Source: Alphaproteobacteria bacterium
Lineage (GTDB): Bacteria > Pseudomonadota > Alphaproteobacteria > SHVV01
Assembly: GCA_965261735.1 (NCBI GenBank)
Contig: OZ253470.1
Location: forward strand, 2,208,001-2,272,000
DNA: 64,000 nt
Reading direction: 5' to 3'
A program made the translations under genes and the position numbers. This document shows positions 21,807 to 32,472 of the stretch, one piece after another; the stretch's first letter is position 1, and every line of letters begins with the position of its first letter. The notes beneath the pieces are model-generated. The model did no database searches and was not told where the DNA came from. It saw only the letters and a program-made list of their open reading frames with translations.

Positions 21807-22989
21807 TTGCCGAGATTGACCAGCTTGAAAGGATCGCAGCATGAACTGGTGCGCCAGTCAAAAGAGCGGCAGCGCATGGCCGAATTGGGCCGCGCCGAAA
21901 GTCTCACCGACGAGACCCGCGCCGAACTCGACACCATCGAGACCGGCACGCCCGACCTTGAGCGCCAGTTGCGCGCCGCGACGGTCGCCGTCGATGACGA
22001 GGAGTCCGAGCAGCGCGCGGCCGTGAAGGCCGGCGACAAGCCCGAGGGCGACACCGAGGACCGCGAGCGCGCCGAGCTGCGCGCCAAGGTGCGCCTTGGC
22101 TCCTACGTCGCAGCGGCAATCGAACAACGCGCCGCGGCCGGACCCGAGTCCGAATACATACGCGAGCTTGGGGATCGCGGGCAATCGCCTCCCGCTGGAA
22201 CTTCTGGCGCCACCGCCCGAGCGACGCCGCGCCGCCGGCGACGAGCACCGCGAGACCACCTCCGTTGACACTCAGACCATGCCGCGCACATGGCTTGATC
22301 GCCTGTTCGCCGAGACTGCCGCCATGCGGCTCGGAATCAGCATGGAGTCTGTCCCTGTGGGCGCCGCGAGCTTCCCCGTCACCACGGCGGGCGCCAGCGC
22401 GGCGCAGCGCGGCAAAGACCAAGCGGCGGCCGATACCGCCTGGACGGTTGGCGTCGTGGAAATGAAGCCCAAGCGCAACGCCGCAACGCTCAAATTCAGC
22501 ATCGAGGACACCGCCCGGATTCCGGGCCTGGAGTCGGCGCTGACGCGCGATCTACGCATGGCGTTGACCGAGGGCATTGACCGAGCGATTTTCACCGGCG
22601 ATGACGGGGCGAACCCGAACGCGGGCGATATCGTCGGCCTGCAAACTGCCGCGATCACCGAAACCACGATCACCCAGGCGAGCAAGATTCTTGGCCCCGG
22701 CACGCTCGGCGCGTTTACCGGCATGGTTGACGGGATTCACGCCAACATGCTCGGCGACCTGAACGTGGTCGCGGCCGTGGGCGCCTATCGCCTGTGGGAA
22801 AACACGGTCATCAATACGACCTCCACCGTGACGACGATGGCTAAGTTCCTCCGCGATGCCGGGCTGTCGTGGTCGGCGCGTGGCGAGATCGAGGAGAACA
22901 CCGCCAACGGTGATTTCGGCGCGTACGCGCTGTGGGACTTCGGGCTTCCCCGGACCTCGAACTTTCCGCGTATCAAGTTTGTGAACTGA
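21807..22989 (+). pseudogene. HK97-type major capsid protein, frameshifted near 22159
   Basis: Coiled-coil delta-domain-like N-terminus plus capsid core (WLDRLF, LESALTRDLRMALTEGIDRAIFTGDD). Removing one base at about 22159 joins the two ORFs (EYNASLGI). Confidence 0.7.
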
Positions 22990-23456
22990 TGGCGGGAGTC
23001 GAACGCCCCGCGGCGCTCGGCGAGATTCGCGTCGAAGGCCGCAAGCTCACCGGCACCGTGATGCGCTATGGCGAAGTGTCGCCGTCGCACCGCGAGCGGT
23101 TTGCGCCCGGCGCGATCCGCATGGCCGACGTCGTACACCTGGACCTCGCGCACGACCCCGAGCGCGTGATTGCGTGGGCGCCGAACGGCGGGCTCGAGCT
23201 GGCCGGCGGCGACGATGCGCTTGAGCTGGCGGCAGAACTGCCGCCTATCGCTGCCGCTAACCGCGCGCTCGAGGAAATCCGCGCCGGCAAGACCACCGGC
23301 TTGAGCGTCGAGTTTCGCGCCGTCAAGGAGTCGCGCGACGGCGACGTGCGCGTGATCGAGGACGCAATCTTGTCGGGCGTCGGGCTGGTAGGCGATCCGT
23401 CCTATGGCGGCGCCCGCGTTGAAGCGCGGGCGCGGAGGCGCCGCATATGGCTCTGA
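22989..23456 (+). CDS. HK97 family prohead protease
   Basis: LTGTVMRYG, ERFAPGA, H in LAHD, catalytic GLSVEF and GVGLVGDPSY; TGATG overlap with the capsid gene. Confidence 0.85.
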   Translation: MAGVERPAALGEIRVEGRKLTGTVMRYGEVSPSHRERFAPGAIRMADVVHLDLAHDPERVIAWAPNGGLELAGGDDALELAAELPPIAAANRALEEIRAGKTTGLSVEFRAVKESRDGDVRVIEDAILSGVGLVGDPSYGGARVEARARRRRIWL

Positions 23457-23830
23457 TAGGGGAGCTCACCGAGGCCGATCTGGCGACCCTCACGGCCCTC
23501 GTCCTAAACCGAATCACGGAGTCCACGGCCAGCATGTCGGCGCCGTCGGATGCGACCGCCATGGAGATCGCGGGCGCGGCCGTCGTGTTCATGGTCCAAG
23601 TGGCACCCAAGGCGCCGGAAGCAATCGGGCGTGAGGCTGCCGTGAGGCTCGGCGGCTGGTTGCTCGACAACCGACCGGCCGTTGTCTCGCATGAAATCAC
23701 CGACCCCAGCGGCACGGCCGTCAAGCTGCAATTCGCCAACACGGCGGCGACCGCGAACGGATTTCGGCACTCGGGCGCGTCGGCGTTGGTAGCGCGCTAC
23801 ATCGTGCGCCGGGGCGGGATCATCGGCTAA
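23447..23830 (+). CDS. Putative head-tail connector-like protein
   Basis: 127 aa between protease and portal; APKAPEAIGREAAVRLGGWL helix pattern resembles gp6-like connectors. Confidence 0.5.
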   Translation: MALIGELTEADLATLTALVLNRITESTASMSAPSDATAMEIAGAAVVFMVQVAPKAPEAIGREAAVRLGGWLLDNRPAVVSHEITDPSGTAVKLQFANTAATANGFRHSGASALVARYIVRRGGIIG

Positions 23831-23874
23831 TGCGCTGGCCGTGGTCGAAGCCCGAGGCGCGCGAGGCCATAGGT
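23830..23874 (+). pseudogene. Portal protein N-terminus (MRWPWSKPEAREAIG) cut by an IS1595 fragment
   Basis: TAATG coupling to the upstream gene; EAREAIG also starts the portal remnant at 37243. Confidence 0.55.
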
Positions 23875-24667
23875 TGGAGCAGAGGTGTCGCCCGCGATGC
23901 CGAGCAATGAGCGGAAGGCGTTGAACGGGTAGAACCGCCTGTTGAAGCGGAAGGTGAACTCGTTGAGGTAGGCTTGTAGGTGCTGGTGGCTAACGCCGTG
24001 GTGGATACCGATCAGCCACGTCTTCAGGTTGGCGAAAACCAGATGGATGATCGGCAGGTATTGCTCGGCAACCTCTGGATCACCACACTCGGCAACAGCG
24101 AAGTGCTCATAGCCGCGCTTACCGAGGCCAGCATAGCCGCTCCAATCGTCAGTAACGATCAGCGATCGCGGCGCGACGGTGCTCTCGACGAACCCACAGA
24201 GCGACTCGGCGCTACGGTCGAGCACGACGGCGAGCCGAACGCGTCCGGCATAGCGTCCGTCTTTCCGGTTGTCGAGCTTGGTGCCCGGCTTTCGATGACG
24301 CACCTCGATGGCACAGGAGACGGGAACCTTGTGGTGAACACCACGGCCTTCCCCACGCGTTCGCCCGCCAACCCAGGTTTCGTCCACCTCAACATGGTTC
24401 TTGGGCTGTCCACCGATCCTGTCTTGGTTGGGCCGCACCATGCCCGAGCGGAGCTTGTGGAGAATTTGAAAGGCCGTCTCGTAGCGCGAAAGACCAAGTT
24501 GCCGCTGAAACTGCACGGCGGACATGCCGGGCGTCTGACTGGCGACCAGATAAGCGGCCCAGAACCAGACGTTCAGCGGAGTGTGGCTACGCTCCATCAC
24601 TGTTCCCACCGTCAGCCCGGTGTTCTGGCGGCACTTGCGGCAGCGCAGGACGCCAGGGCAGTTTTCA
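23868..24667 (-). mobile_element. Internal fragment of the IS1595 element lacking both ends
   Basis: Essentially identical to the middle of the copies at 32473 and 54879; no terminal IRs. Confidence 0.9.
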
Positions 24668-24692
24668 GCCCGCCCCCGTTTCCTCCAGGAAT

Positions 24693-25250
24693 CTACGCTT
24701 CTTCCTCCCATCGCAAGATATCTTCCTGCAACGCCAAAAGCTTCTGCTCCAGCGTTGTGCCGAACAGCGGATCATCGGGCGGCTCGCTGAGCTGGCCGCC
24801 GATCTCCGCCCAGTCCTGTCAGCGGAGGATCTCCAATGCGGAGGGAAAGAAGAACTCCTCCTCTTCCTCGATATGGCGGTGATACGCCTCCACGAAACGA
24901 TCGGCCGCGTCGCCGAATTGTTGCCGGGAAATTGGCGCATGGAACAGTGCTTGGTGGGCCATGATACGAAAGTTGGCCAGCAGGTCCCTGAGTTCCGCGT
25001 GTGATGCCTCAAGATCGTCGAACGGCCCGGCAGCGCCTTCGTCGCGCTCACGCAGTCTGCGATAAACGGCATCTTCGAGGGGATGGTGATAGAGGGCGGG
25101 GTAATACTCGAGGTAGGCGAAAAGACCGTCGATGATTGGCTCGTCCAGGAAATCACCTGCCATGAAGAGGACGCGCTGCCGCTCGGCGACGCGGAGCAAT
25201 TTTCGCGTATTGCCGTGATCTCGGCGGAGCCTGAAGATGAGATCGGACAT
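24693..25250 (-). pseudogene. Hemerythrin domain protein with an in-frame TGA at 24819-24821
   Basis: DH...YP..YHHPLED...H...HIEEEEEFFFP iron ligands. The frame continues past the TGA as QDWAEI...DDPLFG...ILRWEEEA to a TAG at 24693. Confidence 0.75.
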
Positions 25251-25419
25251 CGCCACGTTTGCCAGCCCCACACTGGCTCGTTCGCTTGCAGCAAATAGGC
25301 TTCACAATTTACGTAATCACTCGCCGCAGTCACGGGAAGTCGCGCCCGCCAACACAAAACCGTGATCGCTGCCCGAGGGTCTGAGCCGCCGGATCCTATT
25401 CTCGGAGGGATTCCTGGCT

Positions 25420-28400
25420 CTACTCGGCTGGTGCTAGCGGGGCGCTCGGCGCGTCTTGGGGTGCCTCGCGGCCGAAGGTGCTGAGGCCGAAGTCTTCGAG
25501 GATGGCGTAGAGCGCGGGTACCAGGAGCAGGACCAGTATGGTCGCGGTCACCATGCCGAAGACGATGCTGACGACGAGCGGGATCAGCACCTGAGCCTGC
25601 AGGCTGCGCTCGGCGAGCAGCGGCAGGAGGCCGGCGATCGTCGTCAGCGAGGTTAGCAGCACGGCGCGGAAGCGGTCGCGGCTCGCCGCCGCGGCGGCCT
25701 CGTGGAGCGGCTGGCCGCGGCGCCCGTGCTGCTTGGTGAACGCGACCACCAGGATCGAGTTGTTGACCACGATGCCGGCGAGCGAGACGAACCCGATCAT
25801 GCTCGGCATCGACAGGTCGAGCCCGAGTATGAGGTGCCCCCAGACCACGCCGATCAGCGCCGTCGGGATCACCGCCATGACGATAAGCGGCTCGATGTAG
25901 CTGCGGAACAGGAAGCACAGCAGCAGATAGACCCCGGCCATCCCGAACAGGAACCCGCGGCGCACCGAGGCGCCGGTCGTCGCCGACTCGCTCGCCTGCC
26001 CCTCGAAGGTGACGCTGATGCCGGGATGGCGGCGTTCGAGGCCGGGCAGGAACCGGGCCCGGGTGTCGGCGATGATCTCGCTTGCGTTGGTGCGCCGGGT
26101 GTCGATCTCGCCCCGCAGGCTGACGGCTCTCTGGCCGTCGATGCGGGCGATGCGGGCGTAGCTGCGCCCGCTCTCGAGGATGGCCAGCGCCCCGAGCGGC
26201 ACGTGGCGGCCCTGCGGCGTGGTGACGGCGAAGTATTCGAGGTCGGCGAGGCTGTCCTGATCGACGGGCGCGAGCCGCACGTCGATCTCGTAAGACTCTG
26301 TCCCGACCTGGATCTCGCTCGCCGTGGTCCCGAAGAACGCCGAGCGGAGCTGCTGGGCGATCGTTGTCGAATCGAGGCCGAGCGCCATCGCGCCGTCGCG
26401 CAGGCGCAATCGAATCTCGGGTTTTCCCGGGCGTAGATCGTCGGTGACCTCGGCCACGCCGTCATAGCCGGTAAGCCAATCGCGGAGCTCGGTCGCCGCC
26501 CGTTTGAGGACATCGAGGTCCTCGCCCTTGATGCGGATGTCGATCGGCAGCCCGCCCGGCCCGAGCTGAAACTGCTTGTAGGTAATGGCGATGGCATCGG
26601 GCACGGTGCCCACAGCCGCGCGCCAGCGGTCGAGAAAGTCTTGGACCCGGGCGTCGCGCGTCTCGGCGCTCAGGAGATCGATGGTGACCGTGGCGACGTG
26701 GGGCCCGCTCTCGAACGCGTCCGCGTTCTTGTTGTATTGGACGTTGACGTTCCTGATCAGCGTCGTGCCGCTCGGCTGGCGCGGTGCAAAGTGCGCGGCC
26801 ACCGGCTCGAGCCCGGCGACGACGCGCGCGACAACCCTCTCGGTGCGGGCGAGCGGCGTTCCCTGGGGCAGGAGAATGCGGGCCTCGATGGCATCGCCAT
26901 CGATCTCCGGGAAGACGCGGAACTTAAGCACGCCGCCCACGACGGTCGCCAGCGAAGCCAGGATCAGGAACACGACGACGCCGACGAACAGGTAGCGCCA
27001 GGCGATGGCGAAGTCGACCGCCCGGCCGAGCACCCGTTCGCGCACCCACTCGAGCCCCTCATCGAAGCGGCGCCGGAAGCGGGGCTGCGCGGAGGCGTCG
27101 GCGTGGACGAAAGCGCGACTCAGGTGGTGGGGTAGAACCAGGAAGGCTTCGACGAGGCTGACGACGAGCGTCAGGATGAGAACGATCGGCATGATCCGCA
27201 GCACTTGGCCGATGTTCCCCTGCATGAAGGCGAGCGAACCCATGACCATCACCGTGGTCAGGAAGGACGCCACCACGCCAGGCGCGACCTCGCGGGTGCC
27301 CTGGGTGGCGGCGGCCAGCGGCGTCGCGCCGCGGCGCAGATGCGTGGCGATGTTCTCGGAGATGACGATGGCGTCGTCGACCATGAGGCCGATGGCGATC
27401 AGAAGCCCGACCATGGTGATGAGATTGAAGGAGAAGCCGAGCACCGACATCGCGAACACGGTGCCGAGGAAGGCGATCGGAAGCCCCAGCGCGACCCAGA
27501 AGGCGAAGCGCAGGTTGAAGAACAGCGCCAGCGTCAGCAGCACCAGGACCAGCCCGGCGGCGCCGTTCTTGAGCAGCAGGTTGAGGCGGTCGCGCACGAT
27601 CGAAGACACATCCTGGGTCAGCTCGAAGTGGACGCCAGGTGGCGCCGCCGCGCGTTCGCGGGCAACGAACGCCTTGACCGCCTCGACCACGTCGAGCGTG
27701 TCCTCCGCCTTGGTCTTGGTCAGCCGCAGCAGGCAGGCGCGCGCGCCATTGAAGACGATGCGCTCTTCCGCGTGCTCGAAGCGGTCGACGATGGTGGCGA
27801 TGTCGCCGAGCGGGATTTCCGCGCCGCTCTCGGCACCGACGACGATCAGGTCCTCGAAGCCGCGCGGCGAGCGCCGTTCCTCGGCGAAGCGCAACAACAC
27901 GTCCCGGCCCGAGGTCTCGAGAGTGCCCGAGGGCAGGGTGAAGCTCTGCCGGTTCACCGCCGCGGCGACGTCGGCCACGCTGAGGCCGTACTGGCGTAAG
28001 GCATGGGCCGGCAGCTGGATGCGGATCTGATGATCCGAAAAGCCCTGCAGCGAGCTTTGCGAGACCACGCCCTCGAGGCGCATGCGGTCGCGCAGGCCTT
28101 CGCAGTAGGCCTTGAGGTCGGCTGCGGCCATGGGGCCGCTCACGGCGAGGGAAGCGACGAAGTCGGTGAGGCCGAGCTGGCGTATGATCGGCTCTTCGAC
28201 CTCTTCGGGGAAATTGTCGATCGCGTCGACCTCTGTCTTGACCGCGTTGAGCAGGCGATCGAAATCCTCTCCCTCGCGCATTTCGGCGATCACCGTCGCC
28301 GTCCCCTCGCGCGCCTCGCAGCGCACTTCCTCGATCTCGTTCACGCCGTCGAGTGCGTCCTCGACGCGGCGGCAGATCGCTTCCTCGACGTCCTCGGCGG

Positions 28401-28557
28401 CGGCGCCGGGGTAGGCGATCCGGACCTCGACCTCGTCCGGGGCGATGGCGGGGAAGGTGGCGCGCTGGATCGACGGCGCGGCGGAGATGCCGAGCACGAT
28501 GAACACCACCATCAACAAATTGCCGGCCGTGGGATGGGCGGCAAAGAATTGAATCAT
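25420..28557 (-). CDS. RND efflux transporter permease (AcrB/AcrD/AcrF family)
   Basis: 1045 aa; GLMVDDAIVISENI, GIVVNNSI and RFRAVLLTSLTT; start ATG overlaps the MFP stop. Confidence 0.95.
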   Translation of the reverse strand: MIQFFAAHPTAGNLLMVVFIVLGISAAPSIQRATFPAIAPDEVEVRIAYPGAAAEDVEEAICRRVEDALDGVNEIEEVRCEAREGTATVIAEMREGEDFDRLLNAVKTEVDAIDNFPEEVEEPIIRQLGLTDFVASLAVSGPMAAADLKAYCEGLRDRMRLEGVVSQSSLQGFSDHQIRIQLPAHALRQYGLSVADVAAAVNRQSFTLPSGTLETSGRDVLLRFAEERRSPRGFEDLIVVGAESGAEIPLGDIATIVDRFEHAEERIVFNGARACLLRLTKTKAEDTLDVVEAVKAFVARERAAAPPGVHFELTQDVSSIVRDRLNLLLKNGAAGLVLVLLTLALFFNLRFAFWVALGLPIAFLGTVFAMSVLGFSFNLITMVGLLIAIGLMVDDAIVISENIATHLRRGATPLAAATQGTREVAPGVVASFLTTVMVMGSLAFMQGNIGQVLRIMPIVLILTLVVSLVEAFLVLPHHLSRAFVHADASAQPRFRRRFDEGLEWVRERVLGRAVDFAIAWRYLFVGVVVFLILASLATVVGGVLKFRVFPEIDGDAIEARILLPQGTPLARTERVVARVVAGLEPVAAHFAPRQPSGTTLIRNVNVQYNKNADAFESGPHVATVTIDLLSAETRDARVQDFLDRWRAAVGTVPDAIAITYKQFQLGPGGLPIDIRIKGEDLDVLKRAATELRDWLTGYDGVAEVTDDLRPGKPEIRLRLRDGAMALGLDSTTIAQQLRSAFFGTTASEIQVGTESYEIDVRLAPVDQDSLADLEYFAVTTPQGRHVPLGALAILESGRSYARIARIDGQRAVSLRGEIDTRRTNASEIIADTRARFLPGLERRHPGISVTFEGQASESATTGASVRRGFLFGMAGVYLLLCFLFRSYIEPLIVMAVIPTALIGVVWGHLILGLDLSMPSMIGFVSLAGIVVNNSILVVAFTKQHGRRGQPLHEAAAAASRDRFRAVLLTSLTTIAGLLPLLAERSLQAQVLIPLVVSIVFGMVTATILVLLLVPALYAILEDFGLSTFGREAPQDAPSAPLAPAE

Positions 28558-29969
28558 TTCACGGTGCTCGCGCCCATAGCTTCGGCGATCAGCGCGGCCA
28601 CGGTGTCGTCGTCGACCGGCGCCAGCAGCATGCCTTCGATGGCCGGCGATATATCGGAAACGACGACCCGCTCGCCGGCTTGGAGCCCCGCCTCGACGAC
28701 CGCGAAGTTGGTCTGCCGAAAGGCGATCGTGAGTTCGCGCGACTCGAGCCGGTTGTCCCGGTCGACGACGTAGACGCGCGTGCCCGCCAAGGCGGTGCGC
28801 GGCACCACCACGCGTTCCGGCAAGGGCCGGCCGCGCAGCTCGACCTCGACGAACAGGTTCTTGAACAGCGGCGGGCGGACGCCGCGCTGGGCCTGCCGGT
28901 AGGGATCGTCGACGGCGATGATCAACCCCATCGTGCGGGTCTGGGGGTCGACGGTTTCGCTGACGCGCGCGAAGCGGCCCTGCCACTCGGCGACGAAGTC
29001 GCCGCTGCGCAGGCGAACGATCGCCTCGAGCCCGAACAGCTCGGGGAGGCGGCGCATGTCCGCGAGCGTGAGCCCGCCGCTGTCGGGATCGGCGCCCACC
29101 AGGTGGCGCAGGCGGTCGATCGGGAATTGCGCGGCGACCTCGGAGACGTCGATCCCGTCGCCGACTGCAAGCACCTGGCCGGCACCGGCGAACTGGCTGT
29201 GCTCGACGTTGACGGCGCCGATGCGGGCATCGAACGGCAGCACGATCGTGGTGCGCTCGAGATCGAGGCGCGCGTCCGCCAGCCGCGCCTCATAGAGGGC
29301 GACCTTGGCGCGCAGGATCTCGCGCTCGGCAGGAACGAGGTTGAGGGCGTTGCGCATCGCCTGCACGCTCTGCTGGCGCCCGAGGAGCACGCGCTCCTCC
29401 TCGTCGACCCGGGCCTGGGCCAGCGTGCCGCGGGCGAGCAGCGTGCGCTTGCGGGCGAGGTCCGTCTCGTTCAGCTTGAGCGCGCGGACCTCGATGTCGA
29501 GCGAGGCGCCGTAGTTGCTCTCCTTGACCGCGAGCTCCTCGATCGCGGCGACGGCGCCGCGGACGTCGGCCTCGATCTGGGCCACCGCGAGCCGGTAGTC
29601 GGCGGGATCGATGCGCAGCAGGACGGTTCCCTTGGGCAGAATCTCGCCGCTCTTGAGGCGCGGGTGGATTTCGACGATCTTGCCGCCAACCTCGGCTACG
29701 GCCTCCCACACCGTGGCCGGCTCGACGCTGCCGTAGCCGAGCGCGCGCGGCACGACGTCGACTGCCGGGACGGCAACGACGCGCACGGCGCGCGCCCGTT
29801 CCTCGGGCGCCACCCGTTGCGGCTCCTCGCGGCCGCGTACGACGAGGACGACGAGAAGGATACCGAGCACGACCGGCGGCACGATCAGCCATCGCCGCAA
29901 CCTGCGTCCCGTCTTGTTCTTCCATCCTGGCGCCCTAGCGCTGACACGGCCGCCGCGGCGGCGATTCAT
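28554..29969 (-). CDS. RND efflux periplasmic adaptor (MFP) subunit
   Basis: N-terminal TM, lipoyl half-motifs (EVGGKIV; TTIVLPFDARI), long alpha-hairpin and VDPQTRT. Confidence 0.92.
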   Translation of the reverse strand: MNRRRGGRVSARAPGWKNKTGRRLRRWLIVPPVVLGILLVVLVVRGREEPQRVAPEERARAVRVVAVPAVDVVPRALGYGSVEPATVWEAVAEVGGKIVEIHPRLKSGEILPKGTVLLRIDPADYRLAVAQIEADVRGAVAAIEELAVKESNYGASLDIEVRALKLNETDLARKRTLLARGTLAQARVDEEERVLLGRQQSVQAMRNALNLVPAEREILRAKVALYEARLADARLDLERTTIVLPFDARIGAVNVEHSQFAGAGQVLAVGDGIDVSEVAAQFPIDRLRHLVGADPDSGGLTLADMRRLPELFGLEAIVRLRSGDFVAEWQGRFARVSETVDPQTRTMGLIIAVDDPYRQAQRGVRPPLFKNLFVEVELRGRPLPERVVVPRTALAGTRVYVVDRDNRLESRELTIAFRQTNFAVVEAGLQAGERVVVSDISPAIEGMLLAPVDDDTVAALIAEAMGASTVK

Positions 29970-30126
29970 CGCGGGATCATAAACAAATGCGCCCCTGTGC
30001 GAGCAAATGCTTACTGCGACCGCGCGATCCGAATTGTGCTACGGTGGCGCGCACGAAAAAGGGATGGGAGGTCGGCCTCGCGGGCACGCGTGGGTCGAGC
30101 TCAGACCCTTCCTAGGGGGGGTGCGT

Positions 30127-30872
30127 ATGTCGCTGATCGAGGGCCGCAATCTCGAGGGAATCGCTTTTCTGAGCGGGCTCGCCGACGCGTCTCTTCGCGC
30201 GCTGGAGCAGAAGTGCCGATGGTACCGCTATGTGGCCAACGAGCAGATCCTCGACCGCGACAGCGAGAACCGCGACGTGTTCTTCGTCGTCAAGGGCGAG
30301 GTGCGGGTGGTGAACTACTCGCGCTCGGGTCGCGAGATCGCCTATGCGCGCGTCGGCCCGGGCGGCTATTTCGGCGAGCTCGCGGCGATCGACGGGCAGT
30401 CGCGCTCGGCCAGCATCGTCGCCGCCGAGGAGTGTTTGGTCGCGGCGCTGCCGCCGGACGTCTTCGTGGGCCTGCTCGCGGACAGCCCGGACTTGACCGT
30501 GCGCGTGCTCAAGCGCCTGTCCGGCATCATCCGCAGCTGCGACGACCGCATCATGGACCTGAGCACGCTGAGGGCGGTACAGCGCGTCTATATCGAGCTG
30601 CTGCGGCTCGCCGAGCTCGACGCCGCGACGCAGTCGCACTGGGTGATCTATCCCATGCGAACCCAAAACATGATCGCGACATGCGAACCCAAAACATGAT
30701 CGCGAGCCGCGCCGGAACCACCCGTGAGACCGTCGCGCGCGTTCTCGGCCAGCTCACCACCGCCGGCATCGTCGAGCGCAAGGCGAAAACCCTCTACGTT
30801 CGCGACCGCGCCCGCCTCGAGTTCCTCGCCGACGCGAGCGACCCCAACCGCGACGAAGAGGTGTCGCGCTAG
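30127..30872 (+). pseudogene. Crp/Fnr family regulator frameshifted by a 26-bp tandem duplication
   Basis: cNMP domain (FGELAAIDGQSRSAS) and HTH (TQNMIASRAGTTRETVAR) are in different frames. Removing one copy of the 30654-30705 duplication gives a 239-aa ORF. Confidence 0.88.
30654..30705 (+). repeat. Perfect 26-bp tandem duplication CATGCGAACCCAAAACATGATCGCGA x2
   Basis: Directly visible at 30654-30679 and 30680-30705. Confidence 0.95.
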
Positions 30873-30934
30873 CCCACAGCTTGCGCGAGCGCTCGCACGC
30901 GGGGGCGCTGTCCCCCCAACCCCCTTCTTCGAAG

Positions 30935-32039
30935 CTTGCCTATCCGGTTAACGCCCATGACCGCTACATGTAGGGTGCCGCCACTCTCCCGAGTAAAGCT
31001 CGGCATAGGTTGGAGCAGAGGTGTCGCCCGCGATGCCGAGCAATGAGCGGAAGGCGTTGAACGGGTAGAACCGCCTGTTGAAGCGGAAGGTGAACTCGTT
31101 GAGGTAGGCTTGTAGGTGCTGGTGGCTAACGCCGTGGTGGATATCGATCAGCCACGTCTTCAGGTTGGCGAAAACCAGATGGATGATCGGCAGGTATTGC
31201 TCGGCAACCTCTGGATCACCACACTCGGCAACAGCGAAGTGCTCATAGCCGCGCTTACCGAGGCCAGCATAGCCGCTCCAATCGTCAGTAACGATCAGCG
31301 ATCGCGGCGCGACGGTGCTCTCGACGAACCCACAGAGCGACTCGGCGCTACGGTCGAGCACGACGGCGAGCCGAACGCGTCCGGCATAGCGTCCGTCTTT
31401 CCGGTTGTCGAGCTTGGTGCCCGGCTTTCGATGACGCACCTCGATGGCACAGGAGACGGGAACCTTGTGGTGAACACCACGGCCTTCCCCACGCGTTCGC
31501 CCGCCAACCCAGGTTTCGTCCACCTCAACATGGTTCTTGGGCTGTCCACCGATCCTGTCTTGGTTGGGCCGCACCATGCCCGAGCGGAGCTTGTGGAGAA
31601 TTTGAAAGGCCGTCTCGTAGCGCGAAAGACCAAGTTACCGCTGAAACTGCACGGCGGACATGCCGGGCGTCTGACTGGCGACCAGATAAGCGGCCCAGAA
31701 CCAGACGTTCAGCGGAGTGTGGCTACGCTCCATCACTGTTCCCACCGTCAGCCCGGTGTTCTGGCGGCACTTGCGGCAGCGCAGGACGCCAGGGCGGTTT
31801 TCAAAGTGGAACGGCTCTCCCGCCGTGCCGCAGTGCGGGCAGGCAAAGCCGTCTCCCCAGCGGGCTTTCTCCAGGTAGGCGGCGCAGGCCGCATCATCGG
31901 GGAAAAGTCGCTGGAACTCGGGTAGCGAATGCGGGAATGGGAGATCGGCGCGGTCGAGAACATCCATGGCGCGCTCCCCTATATCCGGTTTGCGCCCATT
32001 CTAGCCCTAGTGGGTGTGGGTGTAAACCGGATAGGCAAG
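30935..32039 (-). mobile_element. IS1595 family (ISSod11-like) full-length copy; transposase has a nonsense mutation
   Basis: 1105 bp, IR CTTGCCTATCCGGTT; CAA>TAA at 31635-31637 relative to other copies; no TSD. Confidence 0.93.
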
Positions 32040-32472
32040 GATCGTAAGTATGTGAGGAAGTCGAAACGGCAGTGGACAACTTGCTACGCACAGAAACGAA
32101 CAGACGTTTCAAGTATAAAATAGGTAATCATCCTCTGTATTATTGATTGGTGTCCGAATGAGATCTATAATCGTTGGTGCGATGACGGCGCTGTAGATGC
32201 ATCGAGTTTCACCGAATCCGCCGCCCGGCCAGAGGCGTCCGCCATCGCAAGCTAGTCGTCCAGCTCCCTTCGGGAGTGCTGGCCGGCGGCAGACCATTGA
32301 GGTGCTGATGGTCACTGCAGGAGAACTCGCCCAACTCCGTGACACGGCCGAAGCGGGCGATATCGACGAGGAGTTCCACTCGTTGCGTCGCGCTGCCGAT
32401 GCGGGTTGCACCAAGGCCATGCTGCCGTTGAGCGCTATCTGCATTGCGGGCTGGGGGCCCGTACCTTCGTAA

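Noticed and set aside
24819-24821. Selenocysteine recoding of the hemerythrin TGA
   Set aside because: The position is not a Cys-type catalytic site as far as I can tell, and I cannot identify a SECIS hairpin by eye.
28558-28986. N-terminal extension of the RND permease given by the ORF track
   Set aside because: It overlaps the MFP gene in another frame; the real start is the coupled ATG at 28557.
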